This document shows positions 27,291 to 36,758 of a stretch of DNA of 61,534 nucleotides, in pieces. The stretch comes from an uncultured Planctomycetales bacterium. GTDB taxonomy: Bacteria > Planctomycetota > Phycisphaerae > UBA1845 > PWPN01. The DNA lies in contig CAZTQK010000001.1 in assembly GCA_964615635.1 (NCBI GenBank), positions 22,790 through 84,323 on the forward strand. Reading direction: 5' to 3'. The notes under the pieces were generated by a model, which did not search any database, was not told the origin of the DNA, and worked only from the letters and a program-made list of their open reading frames with translations. Position numbers and translations under genes: made by a program. Within the stretch, counting starts at the first letter, position 1. Each line of letters opens with the position of its first letter.

Positions 27291-28925
27291 TTAGCAGCCC
27301 TTGAATCCCTTCAAAGATTCCCTCACCGCGGTTCGAACGTCGTTCAGGAAGCGGAGGTTCGTGTAAAACGACGTCTTTTGAGTTTGGTTTTCTTGCTGGG
27401 GTAAGCCAAAATCTCCCGGTTCGAACCTGACACTCTTGCCTGAAGGGGTTTCCAAGAAACTCTGGATAACCCCAAACGGTTTTTGGGCTGAGATTAGGAC
27501 CGTTTTGTCCCTAAGAATCCAGTTCGAACATATTTGGCCCAGGAGCTCGCGTTTAGTCTCTGGAGAGCCGCTTTGGAAACGGCGAAGAGCAGATTCGGAG
27601 AATTCGAAAACTTGACGGCACTTTCTGATACCGGATCCGTTGCTGGATAGTAAGTTGCCAAGTTGCTGCTTTAGCCCGACCGACTCATTCATGAGTTCGT
27701 TCTTTTTTCGCAGATATTCACCGTCACTGATCAGGCTCTTTAGCTTCATGTTTAGCAGTTCGGAGACTTCCTGTTGGCAACCGGCGATTCTCTTCTCCAG
27801 GGAAGCTGCGATCTTTCTGTCTCTTTCCCGTTCGTCGTCCTCGAATGTCTGGAGTAGACCAAGCGCCCAAGTAAGAAACGGTTTGCTGATTGTGACGGAT
27901 TTCAGGAACGCCACAACCTGTTGCTCCAACTCCCGTTCTTCTATAACCCTTTGCGAGCACTTGATTCCTGGTTTGTGTTTGGTGCAGTGGTAGTAAACGT
28001 ATTTCTTGCGAGTGCCCGTAGTACGCAGGAGCTTGTATTTGTTCTCAGCGGTAACCGCAGCTCCGCATTCTCCGCACGTCATGATACCCGAATAAGTGAA
28101 TGCCAGCCGTTTGGGACGCTGCCGACTTCGCGATGACAAAATCGACTGAACGCGGTCGAATTCGTCTTTCGTCACCATCGGCTCGTGCGCACCTTTGTGA
28201 AGCTCACCGTCAAACAGGATTCCGCCGTAGTAAAAAGGATTCGTGAAGATCATGTACACGGTGGTGGGAGATATCGGGCCGCCTTTGCTCGTCCGTGTCG
28301 GTCGTTGCCTCAGCCCCCATTCCTCGGCTGCTTTCTTGCGTATCGCATGGGGGGTATACAGGCCGGACAACATCATGTCCCACATGGCACGGACGATCTC
28401 AAAACGTTCCGGGTCCCGCACGATCGTCTTCTTTTCTTTGTCGTTGAGGTAGCCGAAAGGTGCCTGGCCAGGCCTCCACCCCTGTTTCAATTTCGTTCTA
28501 AGGCCGCGCCGGGTATTGTCACTGAGGTCGTCGACATATTTCTTGGCCATCCCGAATTCCATCTGCATCCAGAACTTGTCGTTGCCCGAATTCCTGAACG
28601 TGTTTTGCGGGGTGTAGATTGTCTGCAGTTTCTTTTCCTCCATTGCCCAGATCAGGGCCCCGCCGTCGACCGGATTTCGAGCGAGCCGGTCCAGCTTCCA
28701 GCAAAGGACCGTGTCGAGCTCGCCTTTGTTGATCTTCGCCATGAGGCTATTGAAGACCGGCCTCCCAGGTGATTTTGCCGACTTGGATTCGGTTAAAACG
28801 AAAGGTATGCCGAGCCCCTGATGTACGGCGAACTCCTTCAATTCCTGAATTTGCGAATCGATCGACAGAACCTGGCGATCTTCCGATTCCGTTGACTTTC
28901 TGGCATAGATAGCGAGTTGACCCAT
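27291..28925 (-). CDS. Large serine recombinase (resolvase domain, recombinase domain, zinc ribbon)
   Basis: AIYARKSTESEDRQVLSIDSQ catalytic region. LARNPVDGG. Cys cluster CGECGAAV...YYHCTKHK. Long coiled-coil tail. Confidence 0.9.
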   Translation of the reverse strand: MGQLAIYARKSTESEDRQVLSIDSQIQELKEFAVHQGLGIPFVLTESKSAKSPGRPVFNSLMAKINKGELDTVLCWKLDRLARNPVDGGALIWAMEEKKLQTIYTPQNTFRNSGNDKFWMQMEFGMAKKYVDDLSDNTRRGLRTKLKQGWRPGQAPFGYLNDKEKKTIVRDPERFEIVRAMWDMMLSGLYTPHAIRKKAAEEWGLRQRPTRTSKGGPISPTTVYMIFTNPFYYGGILFDGELHKGAHEPMVTKDEFDRVQSILSSRSRQRPKRLAFTYSGIMTCGECGAAVTAENKYKLLRTTGTRKKYVYYHCTKHKPGIKCSQRVIEERELEQQVVAFLKSVTISKPFLTWALGLLQTFEDDERERDRKIAASLEKRIAGCQQEVSELLNMKLKSLISDGEYLRKKNELMNESVGLKQQLGNLLSSNGSGIRKCRQVFEFSESALRRFQSGSPETKRELLGQICSNWILRDKTVLISAQKPFGVIQSFLETPSGKSVRFEPGDFGLPQQENQTQKTSFYTNLRFLNDVRTAVRESLKGFKGC

Positions 28926-28930
28926 AGAAG

Positions 28931-29170
28931 TTAGCTTGTGATGTTCGGAGCAGTTGGTTTGCGAGGATCGGGGGCGCCACCGGGCCTGTTCTCACGCTTG
29001 GCTTGAGTTCCCACGGGTCCGGGATTTCCATTCGATAGTAACCGGAATAATGACACAAGCCTGCGGGCCATCGCCCACGCTTCCTTGTCGGATAGCTCCG
29101 CTGAATACTGGTCTCGATAGATGCGTTTCAGTTCGTCCACATGGTGTTGCTGAATTGGCATACGGGCCAT
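28931..29170 (-). CDS. Small hypothetical protein upstream of the serine recombinase
   Basis: 79 aa ORF ending 5 nt before the recombinase ATG. No motif recognised. Confidence 0.4.
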   Translation of the reverse strand: MARMPIQQHHVDELKRIYRDQYSAELSDKEAWAMARRLVSLFRLLSNGNPGPVGTQAKRENRPGGAPDPRKPTAPNITS

Positions 29171-29265
29171 TGTACACGACCCTTTGGAAGTCCAACTCGG
29201 ATGAAAAGTGGTATCCGAAGGCCACTATCTGTGCATAATTCCTATGCGAACACCAGCGAAAATGA

Positions 29266-29308
29266 TTGACAATGAGACCCCCACGTCCTATTCTTGCATA
29301 AGTAGGAC
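29266..29308 (+). promoter_or_regulatory. Candidate promoter with an overlapping inverted repeat in the divergent recombinase intergenic region
   Basis: TTGACA, 17 nt, TATTCT (29266-29294). Inverted repeat GTCCTA...TAGGAC (29285-29308) overlaps the -10 element. Confidence 0.35.
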
Positions 29309-29444
29309 ATCCGGTCAACACCTTATCCCATTAAAAACCAAGCAGTTACGCGGACTCTAAAGCGTCCCCGCATTTCTATCTGCGCTCTTCGCTGTCTGTT
29401 CTCCGGCAGTCTTACGCCACTGACTTCGTTCATCCAAGTTCAAA

Positions 29445-30215
29445 ATGCCCAATGTTCACGGGCCTGATACGCCTAACTGGATCAAGATTCCCCGCGCTCT
29501 ATCGGGTCTCACTTATGCAAGAGTGAGACATCGATATCCGAGGACCGCTTCTTCACGCAGGAAAACCGGCCCGAGGAGCGCATTAAGAGAGACGCTTTCC
29601 GAGCAGGTTCGGAGGATTTCCGTGCATAAGGACGCGGAGTACCATCTTGGCAGAAGCGACCTGGAGAAGCTCATCAACGCCTCGGAGCAAGACCGCGACC
29701 GGGCGCTCATCACGCTTTTCGTTGAGACGGGCATCCGCCGCTTCGAAGCGGCCAAGCTCGTAACCGAGGACCTTGATGTCAAGCAGGGCATTTTGATCGT
29801 GCGCAACGGAAAAGGCCGCAAGCTCCGAATGCTACCGCTATCGAAGCGGCTTCTCGAAAGGCTAAAGACTTTGTGTGCGCCGAATCCGGTGGCTCCACTC
29901 TTCAGAACCGCCAAAGGCGGTTTTTTGAGTACCCGCCAAATCAACAGAATCGTCGCTGCGTCGGGAGCCCGTGCTGGCATTCGCAATCCAAACCCGCGTC
30001 AGAAGAACGTTACGTGCCACCTGTTGCGCCACAGTTTCGCCCGCCACTGGAAAGAAGTCGGCGGCAGCATCGAAACGCTGGCGAAAATCCTGGGTCACGC
30101 ATCGGTAAAAACGACCTGGGACCTTTACGGCACGCAAAGCATCGATGACGTCATACACCATTACCACAACACCATCACCAAAATCACCAATCCGAAGAAA
30201 GGAGAAACAAGATGA
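29445..30215 (+). CDS. Tyrosine recombinase, essentially catalytic domain only (start uncertain; possibly truncated)
   Basis: ETGIRRFEAAKL (Arg I), HLLRHSFARH (H-x-x-R), LGHASVKTTWDLY (His/Tyr). No recognisable N-terminal core-binding domain. Confidence 0.7.
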   Translation: MPNVHGPDTPNWIKIPRALSGLTYARVRHRYPRTASSRRKTGPRSALRETLSEQVRRISVHKDAEYHLGRSDLEKLINASEQDRDRALITLFVETGIRRFEAAKLVTEDLDVKQGILIVRNGKGRKLRMLPLSKRLLERLKTLCAPNPVAPLFRTAKGGFLSTRQINRIVAASGARAGIRNPNPRQKNVTCHLLRHSFARHWKEVGGSIETLAKILGHASVKTTWDLYGTQSIDDVIHHYHNTITKITNPKKGETR

Positions 30216-30273
30216 GAATTTGGTCACTTGCAGTGGCGTGCATTTTGGATAATGCAGCTGAGGGGAGACTCAA

Positions 30274-32112
30274 ATGAAACGACTCATTCTCGTGTTGGCA
30301 GGCACGGCGATTGGAACTACATTAGTTTTGTCGTGCGGTGGCGACAAGGCTAGCAAGCCCACTGAACCTGCGGAAGACACAACCGCACCGACGATTGTCG
30401 CGACTTCGCCGACGTCGAACGCTACGAACGTTCCAATTTCGACGTCCATCACCGCCACGTTTTCCGAAGCGATTAACTCTACAACGGTTACCACCACATC
30501 CTTCACACTTTCGTCAGGGATTACGGGAACGGTCGTTTACAGCGACAAGGTTGCCACATTCACTCCAACAACTTCCTTGGCCGCTGGCACACAATACACG
30601 GCGACGTTATCGACGGCCATAAAGGATCAGTCGGGGAATCCGTTGTCCAGCACCTATTCATGGAATTTTACCACAGTTGTTACTCCGGGTGACAGCGTGC
30701 CGCCAGCTACGATCACCGACCTACAGATACTCGATGTCACTGCACATTACGCCATTTTGTCATGGACCATGCCAGGTGATGACGGCATGACTGGCACTGC
30801 TTCAGTGTATGTGATCAAGTACAACACAGTCCCGATCGACGCATCAAACTGGGACGCGTCCGTTCAGTATGGCGGCTCCACATCGCTCAAAGTAGCTGGA
30901 AGTATCGAAATAGATACCGTGAAGAGCCTCGAGGAGAACTCGGAGTACTACTTTGCCATCAGAGTCAGGGACGATGCCAGCAACTGGTCCAGAGTGTCCA
31001 ACAGTCCTGCCCAATCAACTCTGGTCGGCGGATTCCCGTTTGGAATCTACTCAGATTATCAAGTTGGCGACGCAAACACATTCATTTCATCGATCGATGT
31101 CGCCGACATAGACGATGATGGTGACCCCGACATCCTCGTTGGAGACGGACACTGCCACCAGGCAGTATACGCCGGAATCAACAACGGTACGGGGATGATC
31201 TCATTTTCGAAGGTGTTGGATCTCTACGACTCAAATCCATGTAACCCCAGCACAATCCATACGGTACAAGTAAAAGCATCCAAAGGTATCGCCAGCGCCG
31301 CGAATTACACCAGTATAGTCGCTTCTTATGCCAACCCTGATGGCGTGCACATATTCGAGAATCGAAAAGGTGACCTGGACTCCTTGGTGGGTTACATCTA
31401 CGGTCCCTATAATTCGCAAATGGATCGAACCCCGACTCTCTTAGCGCTTGCCGATATGGACGGTGACTTCGATACTGATATTGTTATTGCTGGTGCGGGT
31501 TCGCCTAACATAGAGTGGTTGCTTAATGATGATTATGGGCGCTACTTCACCAACGGCCCAGGGACGATTTCGATTATAGGCACTCCTGTTGGCATCGCTC
31601 TTGGCGATTACGACTTGGATGGATACGCAGACATTGCCGTCGTCGCATCCGAGCCACCCCTGTTCTATGTCTTCGCGACCAATCTGTTTGTGCCAGTCCA
31701 GCCACTGGTCGGTCAGCCCACTAGCGTTTCAGTTGCTGATCTTGACGGTGAGACCGGGACGGACCTTGTCGTGACCACTTACGATAGCGTATATATATTT
31801 TTGAGTCAGGCTGGGTCTTTCTCTTCACATCAGAGTTTCTATCTTCCGTCTAGTGGAGCCGTCTGCGCCGATTTCGATCTGGACGGTGACGAAGATATAT
31901 TTGTTGGAATCGCAAATGGACTTTACTTCATCAAGAACATGGGGGGCGGTCAGTTTCAACGGGCAGACCGCTTAGACGGATATGCTCAAATCTTCTCTCC
32001 CAAGATGATCAAAGCTGCTGACTTCGATCTTGACGGCGACCCTGACATTCTCTTTGTAACCCAGACTGGCCGTTTGTATCGGTTCACGAATTATTGGCAG
32101 GAAGAACATTAG
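30274..32112 (+). CDS. Lipoprotein with Ig-like/FN3-like domains and FG-GAP/VCBS repeats
   Basis: Lipobox LVLSCGG. SbsA-Ig-like segment (APTIVATSPTSNATNVPISTSITATFSEAI). Repeats DIDDDGDPDILVG, ADMDGDFDTDIVIAG, GDYDLDGYADIAV, ADLDGETGTDLVV, ADFDLDGDEDIFVG, ADFDLDGDPDILFV. Confidence 0.8.
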   Translation: MKRLILVLAGTAIGTTLVLSCGGDKASKPTEPAEDTTAPTIVATSPTSNATNVPISTSITATFSEAINSTTVTTTSFTLSSGITGTVVYSDKVATFTPTTSLAAGTQYTATLSTAIKDQSGNPLSSTYSWNFTTVVTPGDSVPPATITDLQILDVTAHYAILSWTMPGDDGMTGTASVYVIKYNTVPIDASNWDASVQYGGSTSLKVAGSIEIDTVKSLEENSEYYFAIRVRDDASNWSRVSNSPAQSTLVGGFPFGIYSDYQVGDANTFISSIDVADIDDDGDPDILVGDGHCHQAVYAGINNGTGMISFSKVLDLYDSNPCNPSTIHTVQVKASKGIASAANYTSIVASYANPDGVHIFENRKGDLDSLVGYIYGPYNSQMDRTPTLLALADMDGDFDTDIVIAGAGSPNIEWLLNDDYGRYFTNGPGTISIIGTPVGIALGDYDLDGYADIAVVASEPPLFYVFATNLFVPVQPLVGQPTSVSVADLDGETGTDLVVTTYDSVYIFLSQAGSFSSHQSFYLPSSGAVCADFDLDGDEDIFVGIANGLYFIKNMGGGQFQRADRLDGYAQIFSPKMIKAADFDLDGDPDILFVTQTGRLYRFTNYWQEEH

Positions 32113-32514
32113 ATATAGCACGAAGGTAGAACGCATTGACAAAGACGGTGGCTGTGGCTGTGCGAAAGACGCGCTAACCATGTCACAGAGTGAGGGATGT
32201 ATCCGGGGAGGTCTCGCGCAAATCGGGCACTCCCCGCACCACGTCGTAACACGCCGATCTTGACATGAGTCGGCCTTTCTGCTAGTCTCTCGAGTTTCAA
32301 AAAAACGCCCTCGTTTGAACTGCATGAGGCATTCTTAATATTCACCGTCGTCGAACACTAGCGAGGCCTCAGTACTACTATCACGGGCAAGCGCGTTCTG
32401 GCAGTTTACTTGATTTCAATGCCCGTTCAGGGTGTCCTGCACTTTATCCACAGATAGTTGCCGAAGTAGGCAATTGAGCGATTTTGAACCGGTCCTTAAG
32501 CTACCGGGGTCGTA

Positions 32515-32805
32515 ATGAATCGGCTGTCTATGGCGAAACGTGTACGCAAACCAATTCCGAATCAGATCCGCCGCTACCGGCGAAAACAGAACTTGCGACT
32601 CTGCGACATTGCCGTTCGTGCCGGACTCGGAAGCGTCTCTCACGTATCTCACTGGGAAAAGGGCCGCAAAGTGCCTTCCCTTGAGAACGCGCTGAAGCTT
32701 TCCGCCATTATCCAGTGCCCGGTCGAGGTGCTGTTCTATGACCTCTTCGATTCATTACGACAGGACATCAAGAAGAGAGAGGAACAATTAGCCATTAACG
32801 CATAA
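32515..32805 (+). CDS. XRE-family helix-turn-helix regulator
   Basis: IRRYRRKQNLRLCDIAVRAGLGSVSHVSHWEKGRKVPSLENALKLSAII. Confidence 0.8.
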   Translation: MNRLSMAKRVRKPIPNQIRRYRRKQNLRLCDIAVRAGLGSVSHVSHWEKGRKVPSLENALKLSAIIQCPVEVLFYDLFDSLRQDIKKREEQLAINA

Positions 32806-32810
32806 AACCC

Positions 32811-33053
32811 ATGTCAAACGCACCGAAGAATCCGAAATCCAAAGTCCTTGCCGAATCCCTGTCTTCGCTTATCGCCGAGTCGTTCGGAGAGCCGAGCCAG
32901 CAAGACTGGTACCACGAAGTTTGCACTAAACATGACTGGCACACCGTGTACCGCGCATACCGCGAGGTCATGGAGATTCCGGTTTCGCACATCAGGAAGT
33001 CGAGACGCGCCTTATTCGTCTATCTCATCAGAAAATATGAATCGAAAAAGTAA
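32811..33053 (+). CDS. Hypothetical protein
   Basis: 80 aa ORF starting 5 nt after the XRE gene. Its end overlaps the next start. Confidence 0.4.
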   Translation: MSNAPKNPKSKVLAESLSSLIAESFGEPSQQDWYHEVCTKHDWHTVYRAYREVMEIPVSHIRKSRRALFVYLIRKYESKK

Positions 33054-33540
33054 CATCCTCGCACTCGATCCGGGTCTCCGCGAAATCGGCTTTGCACTAC
33101 TTGAGGGGAAGGACCTTGCCGACTATGGCGTGAAATCGCTGTGCCGAAAAGGAAATCACCAAACCCGGCCGAATCTCGCGAGCGAGGTCATGTACCGGCT
33201 GATCAAGGACACATGTCCCGACGCAGTCGTACTGGAGAGGAAGGAAATTCCTGACACGCCTGACGGATTCCGGCTCATGATCCTGATTAAGTGTGCCATT
33301 GAGCTTGGACGGAAACTAAAGGTCCCTGTTGCGGAAATTGACTCCAATGAAATCCGGATTGAAGTTGCCGGAAAACCGGTCGCCTCAATGCAGGAAATGG
33401 CAAACACAATCGCATCCCGTTTTCCTGAGCTTCAGAAATGCGCCTCCGTAAAGGATCGGGGCCGTCGCCGCTACTGGAGCCATTTATTCACTTCAGTTGC
33501 CGCCGCCCTCATTTACCAAAAGAACAATGCCCAAATCTAA
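33037..33540 (+). CDS. RuvC-like / RNase H-fold resolvase-like protein
   Basis: The internal ATG at 33037 of track ORF 32848-33540 gives MNRKSNILALDPGLREIGFALLEG (a RuvC-type N-terminal Asp strand) and VVLERKE. The upstream part of the track ORF is Arg/Ser-rich and overlaps the previous gene. Confidence 0.5.
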   Translation: MNRKSNILALDPGLREIGFALLEGKDLADYGVKSLCRKGNHQTRPNLASEVMYRLIKDTCPDAVVLERKEIPDTPDGFRLMILIKCAIELGRKLKVPVAEIDSNEIRIEVAGKPVASMQEMANTIASRFPELQKCASVKDRGRRRYWSHLFTSVAAALIYQKNNAQI

Positions 33541-34432
33541 ACCTGAAAACCTCAAACCGATCCAACTGCAGGAGCGGGATAAGCTCCTTGTCGAAGCACT
33601 CGACGACTACGGCCTCCTCACCACCGAACAAATCCGGTATCTCCTGTTTCCGTCTATGAGCCGGGCCCGAAAGCGCCTTCATCTACTCTGGCAACACGGA
33701 TTGGTTCACAAAATCGAAAGGCCGACCCGACTAGGCGAAGGGACAAAGTCGTACTTATTCCGCCCGAATGCGAAAGGCAGGCGGTTGACCGGTGCCAAAA
33801 CGATCCGCAACGGAAACGGCCACAAGGTGCCGGTCTTGTCTCCGCTCTATGCCGAGCACCAGATCGCGGTCAACCGGTTCAGAATTTGCCTCACACTCGC
33901 GCTCGGGAAGACCCCGGAAATCACACTTGAGACCTGGAAAAAGGACGGTCAGCTTCGGCTCAAAGTCAGCCGCCATAAGGCTGGCGGAAGCGAGTCAGCT
34001 ACCATAGTCCCGGACGCCTACTTTTCACTGAAATCAGAAGGCTCGAAGTACGGCTATTTCCTCGAAATCGACCGCGGGACGGCCACTATATCGAGGCTGA
34101 AGAAAAAGCTGTTGGGGTACGCCACCATTTTCAGGTCACCCCGCTCATTTGACCCGCTGATCGCACCAGGATTCCGCGTCTTAATTGTCACATCCTCGGC
34201 CCGGCGGCGGCAAAGCCTTCTTGAGCTCATTCAGAGCATGGGAACGTCGCTTAGGCGTTCGGATGTCTTTCTGGTCACGAATTCCGCGCAATTCAGCTAC
34301 GAGGCTCCGGAAGCGCTTTTCGGCCCGGTCTGGAACACCATCCTAGCGGACGGGCGGATGCAGAACAGTCTTACGCTCCATCCGGTTTTTTCAAGCTCCC
34401 GACAGCGCCAGGAAAAACCACCAGTGCGTTGA
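33527..34432 (+). CDS. Replication-relaxation family protein (paralog 1)
   Basis: LQERDKLLVEALDDYGLLTTEQIRYLLFPSMSRARKRLHLLWQHGLV, IVPDAYFSL, YFLEIDRGT. ATG at 33527 overlaps the previous gene's end. Confidence 0.7.
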   Translation: MPKSKPENLKPIQLQERDKLLVEALDDYGLLTTEQIRYLLFPSMSRARKRLHLLWQHGLVHKIERPTRLGEGTKSYLFRPNAKGRRLTGAKTIRNGNGHKVPVLSPLYAEHQIAVNRFRICLTLALGKTPEITLETWKKDGQLRLKVSRHKAGGSESATIVPDAYFSLKSEGSKYGYFLEIDRGTATISRLKKKLLGYATIFRSPRSFDPLIAPGFRVLIVTSSARRRQSLLELIQSMGTSLRRSDVFLVTNSAQFSYEAPEALFGPVWNTILADGRMQNSLTLHPVFSSSRQRQEKPPVR

Positions 34433-34536
34433 ATGCGGTCCGGTTCTAGACAACGGACCGAGTGTACCCGGTAACCGAGGGTTGTCTTCGACTACCGGGT
34501 GCGGGAGCGAAATTCTTGCCTACGCAGACACTTGCA

Positions 34537-34782
34537 TTAGATAACCCTGACTTTTACTGTCTGAGTGTCAACGTCGAATATCCGATTCCCTCTTTTGTAG
34601 TCAGAGAATTCGTTAGACGTGAGCCAGACTAACCCAGAACATTGACACCCCTTCGTTCCGCATATGACGGCTGTGTCTGGATAACCAACTGGATGCACAG
34701 TCGCTACGTATTCCTTTTTCACGCCTTTTGGCGACTTCCAACAATTGTGGCATCGTGAAATTGCCATGAAGTGCCTCCACAA
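34537..34782 (-). CDS. Small Cys-rich (zinc-ribbon-like) protein downstream of the GmrSD-like gene
   Basis: CHNCW...ICGTKGCQC Cys pattern. It begins 8 nt after the upstream stop (or at the ATG at 34767). Confidence 0.4.
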   Translation of the reverse strand: MWRHFMAISRCHNCWKSPKGVKKEYVATVHPVGYPDTAVICGTKGCQCSGLVWLTSNEFSDYKRGNRIFDVDTQTVKVRVI

Positions 34783-34790
34783 TCTATTAG

Positions 34791-36512
34791 CTAACTGAAA
34801 TAGATACTTTCCGCGCGCGAGATCAGCAACGCCTGCCGCTTGGCGACTTCCGTTGGCGACCAGGAGTCGACGCTTTCCAATTCCCTCGTGATCCTGAACG
34901 CAGTACTCCGACCCCGAAAATACGCTTCTTTCTTCTTTGCGAATTCGTAATTCCGAGCCGATGAGTTCTTTCGCCCGCTCAGCAGCACCAAGTTGCCTAC
35001 CGCATTAGTCAGCTCAGCACGTGACTTATCATCGAAAGACTTCTTCCACTCGCTTTCTTCCTGCGGTGTCTGCGGAAGAACATGTTCCACGGTGATCGTG
35101 CCGGAGTACCCCCCGAAATTCTCCATTTCCCATTGATCCAAATCTAGCCTGAGCAGGAAATAGCGAGCTAACTTTCCGCCGAATATGTAGTAGAATTGAG
35201 GGTCAGAGAGTACCCGAATCATGATTTCCCTCAGTTTCTCGGGTTCCTTCCAACCTTTAGTTTGGCTTACTACATCCTCCGGCGACGCTGTGCCCGCAAT
35301 GATCTTGATAACTTGGTTCAGACTGCCAATGCGCTCGGTGAGAGATAACCCCACGGCCCATTCGACAAAGACTTTCTTTTCCAATTCGATCACAAACGCG
35401 CTCAGCTTCGCGTCATCTTTGAATTTCTGGTGGAATGCTATGGTCGGTGGAATCCAATCATCGAACGGAATAAACCGGGTAAGCATTTGTACGAGCGCAC
35501 GATATTCATTTTTCTCTGCTGCGTCTAAATGCACGATCGGATTCAGGATTTTCTCACTGTGAATGTCTGCAACTTCGGTGACATATCCTATGAATGCGCC
35601 TCCCCGATCCAATAGCTTCGGCCTGAAGATCAAGGACTGATATTCATCGTAAATTCCAAGTCGCGATTTATCCTTTACTTGGATCGTACGAATGAAGATC
35701 ACTACTTTTTCCAGCGCTTCGCGCCCCAAATCATCTTCAATAGCCTGCCAGTTTCTCGCTGCCCTGATTCGCTCTCCGAGGTCGGTTATCGCCCCCAGGT
35801 TTTCGCTCTTGAGTAGGTCAGCAATGCTCAGGGAAATGCCCCGAGTGTTCAGCACAGTGAACATGCGGAAAGCCGAAATGAACTCAGAGGTTTGGATGTA
35901 CACGACGTAGACGTCGCCCATAAGGAAAGTGATGAACCGACCTAGAATGGATGGGTCAATCAGCAACTCGCCATACCGCCTTGTAAAAACGCTGACAGCT
36001 TCGTACAAATGGTAGAGACTATCTTCCTGATCGGTGAACTTGATTCGCCCGCCTTCGAATTCCTTTTTGAAGTCGGAACTACCTCCACGCTTGTATAGGT
36101 ACTTATTGAACGTGTCGCGCAAAGCTTCCCACGGGGTAATTCGTACTTGACGTGGGATAGATTTATAAGGATTCGCCTCTTGAAATAACGATTCTTCCAA
36201 TGTCTTCCGCAGTAGCTCCTCGGCAGTGAGGTCCCGGACGACTGCCAAAAACAGAGCCAAAGCAGTTAACCGCTGCTGGCCGTCCACAACCTCAAACGTA
36301 TCCTTCTTACCAGCCGACTCCTGGAGAATTATGGACCCGAGAAAGTACTGCTTGGACGACCCGCTGAAGGCTTCATAAATGTCATCAAATAGTTGCTCAA
36401 AATTCTCAGTTGACCAGCTGAATGGACGCTGATACAGGGGTATTTCGAACAGGAATTCGGTGCTAAACAGCTTGCCCAAGATGCATTCTTTAGCTTCAAT
36501 TGTCTCGCCCAT
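34791..36512 (-). CDS. GmrSD-family type IV (modification-dependent) restriction enzyme: DUF262 + DUF1524
   Basis: FEIPLYQRPFSWSTENFEQLFDDI (DUF262 ParB-like motif). C-terminal TVEHVLPQ...GNLVLLSGRKNSSARNYEF (His-Me/DUF1524). Confidence 0.85.
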   Translation of the reverse strand: MGETIEAKECILGKLFSTEFLFEIPLYQRPFSWSTENFEQLFDDIYEAFSGSSKQYFLGSIILQESAGKKDTFEVVDGQQRLTALALFLAVVRDLTAEELLRKTLEESLFQEANPYKSIPRQVRITPWEALRDTFNKYLYKRGGSSDFKKEFEGGRIKFTDQEDSLYHLYEAVSVFTRRYGELLIDPSILGRFITFLMGDVYVVYIQTSEFISAFRMFTVLNTRGISLSIADLLKSENLGAITDLGERIRAARNWQAIEDDLGREALEKVVIFIRTIQVKDKSRLGIYDEYQSLIFRPKLLDRGGAFIGYVTEVADIHSEKILNPIVHLDAAEKNEYRALVQMLTRFIPFDDWIPPTIAFHQKFKDDAKLSAFVIELEKKVFVEWAVGLSLTERIGSLNQVIKIIAGTASPEDVVSQTKGWKEPEKLREIMIRVLSDPQFYYIFGGKLARYFLLRLDLDQWEMENFGGYSGTITVEHVLPQTPQEESEWKKSFDDKSRAELTNAVGNLVLLSGRKNSSARNYEFAKKKEAYFRGRSTAFRITRELESVDSWSPTEVAKRQALLISRAESIYFS

Positions 36513-36603
36513 TTGTCCTCCAAAAAATGTTGGCTAAAATTACCGATATTCAACGCCATTTTCAAGTCTGAAGTACGAGTGTCCTGAAGATGGTACCGGG
36601 CAT

Positions 36604-36732
36604 CAATACCGCGTAAAGCGGTATTGAATCGCCTTCAGTACCTTTTCGTAATCCTGTTTGAACTTTGGAGTTACCGGTTGGGGGGTGTAAAGTCCGGGAA
36701 AACAGCCGATATACAGGGAGTATACAGCCGAT
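36604..36732. promoter_or_regulatory. Inverted- and direct-repeat cluster in the divergent intergenic region (candidate operator or oriT)
   Basis: Perfect 9 bp inverted repeat CAATACCGC-GTAAA-GCGGTATTG (36604-36626). Direct repeats ACAGCCGAT at 36702 and 36724 flank TATAC/GTATA. Confidence 0.3.
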
Positions 36733-36758
36733 TAGACAGGCTGGTTTTTGGGGAATTC

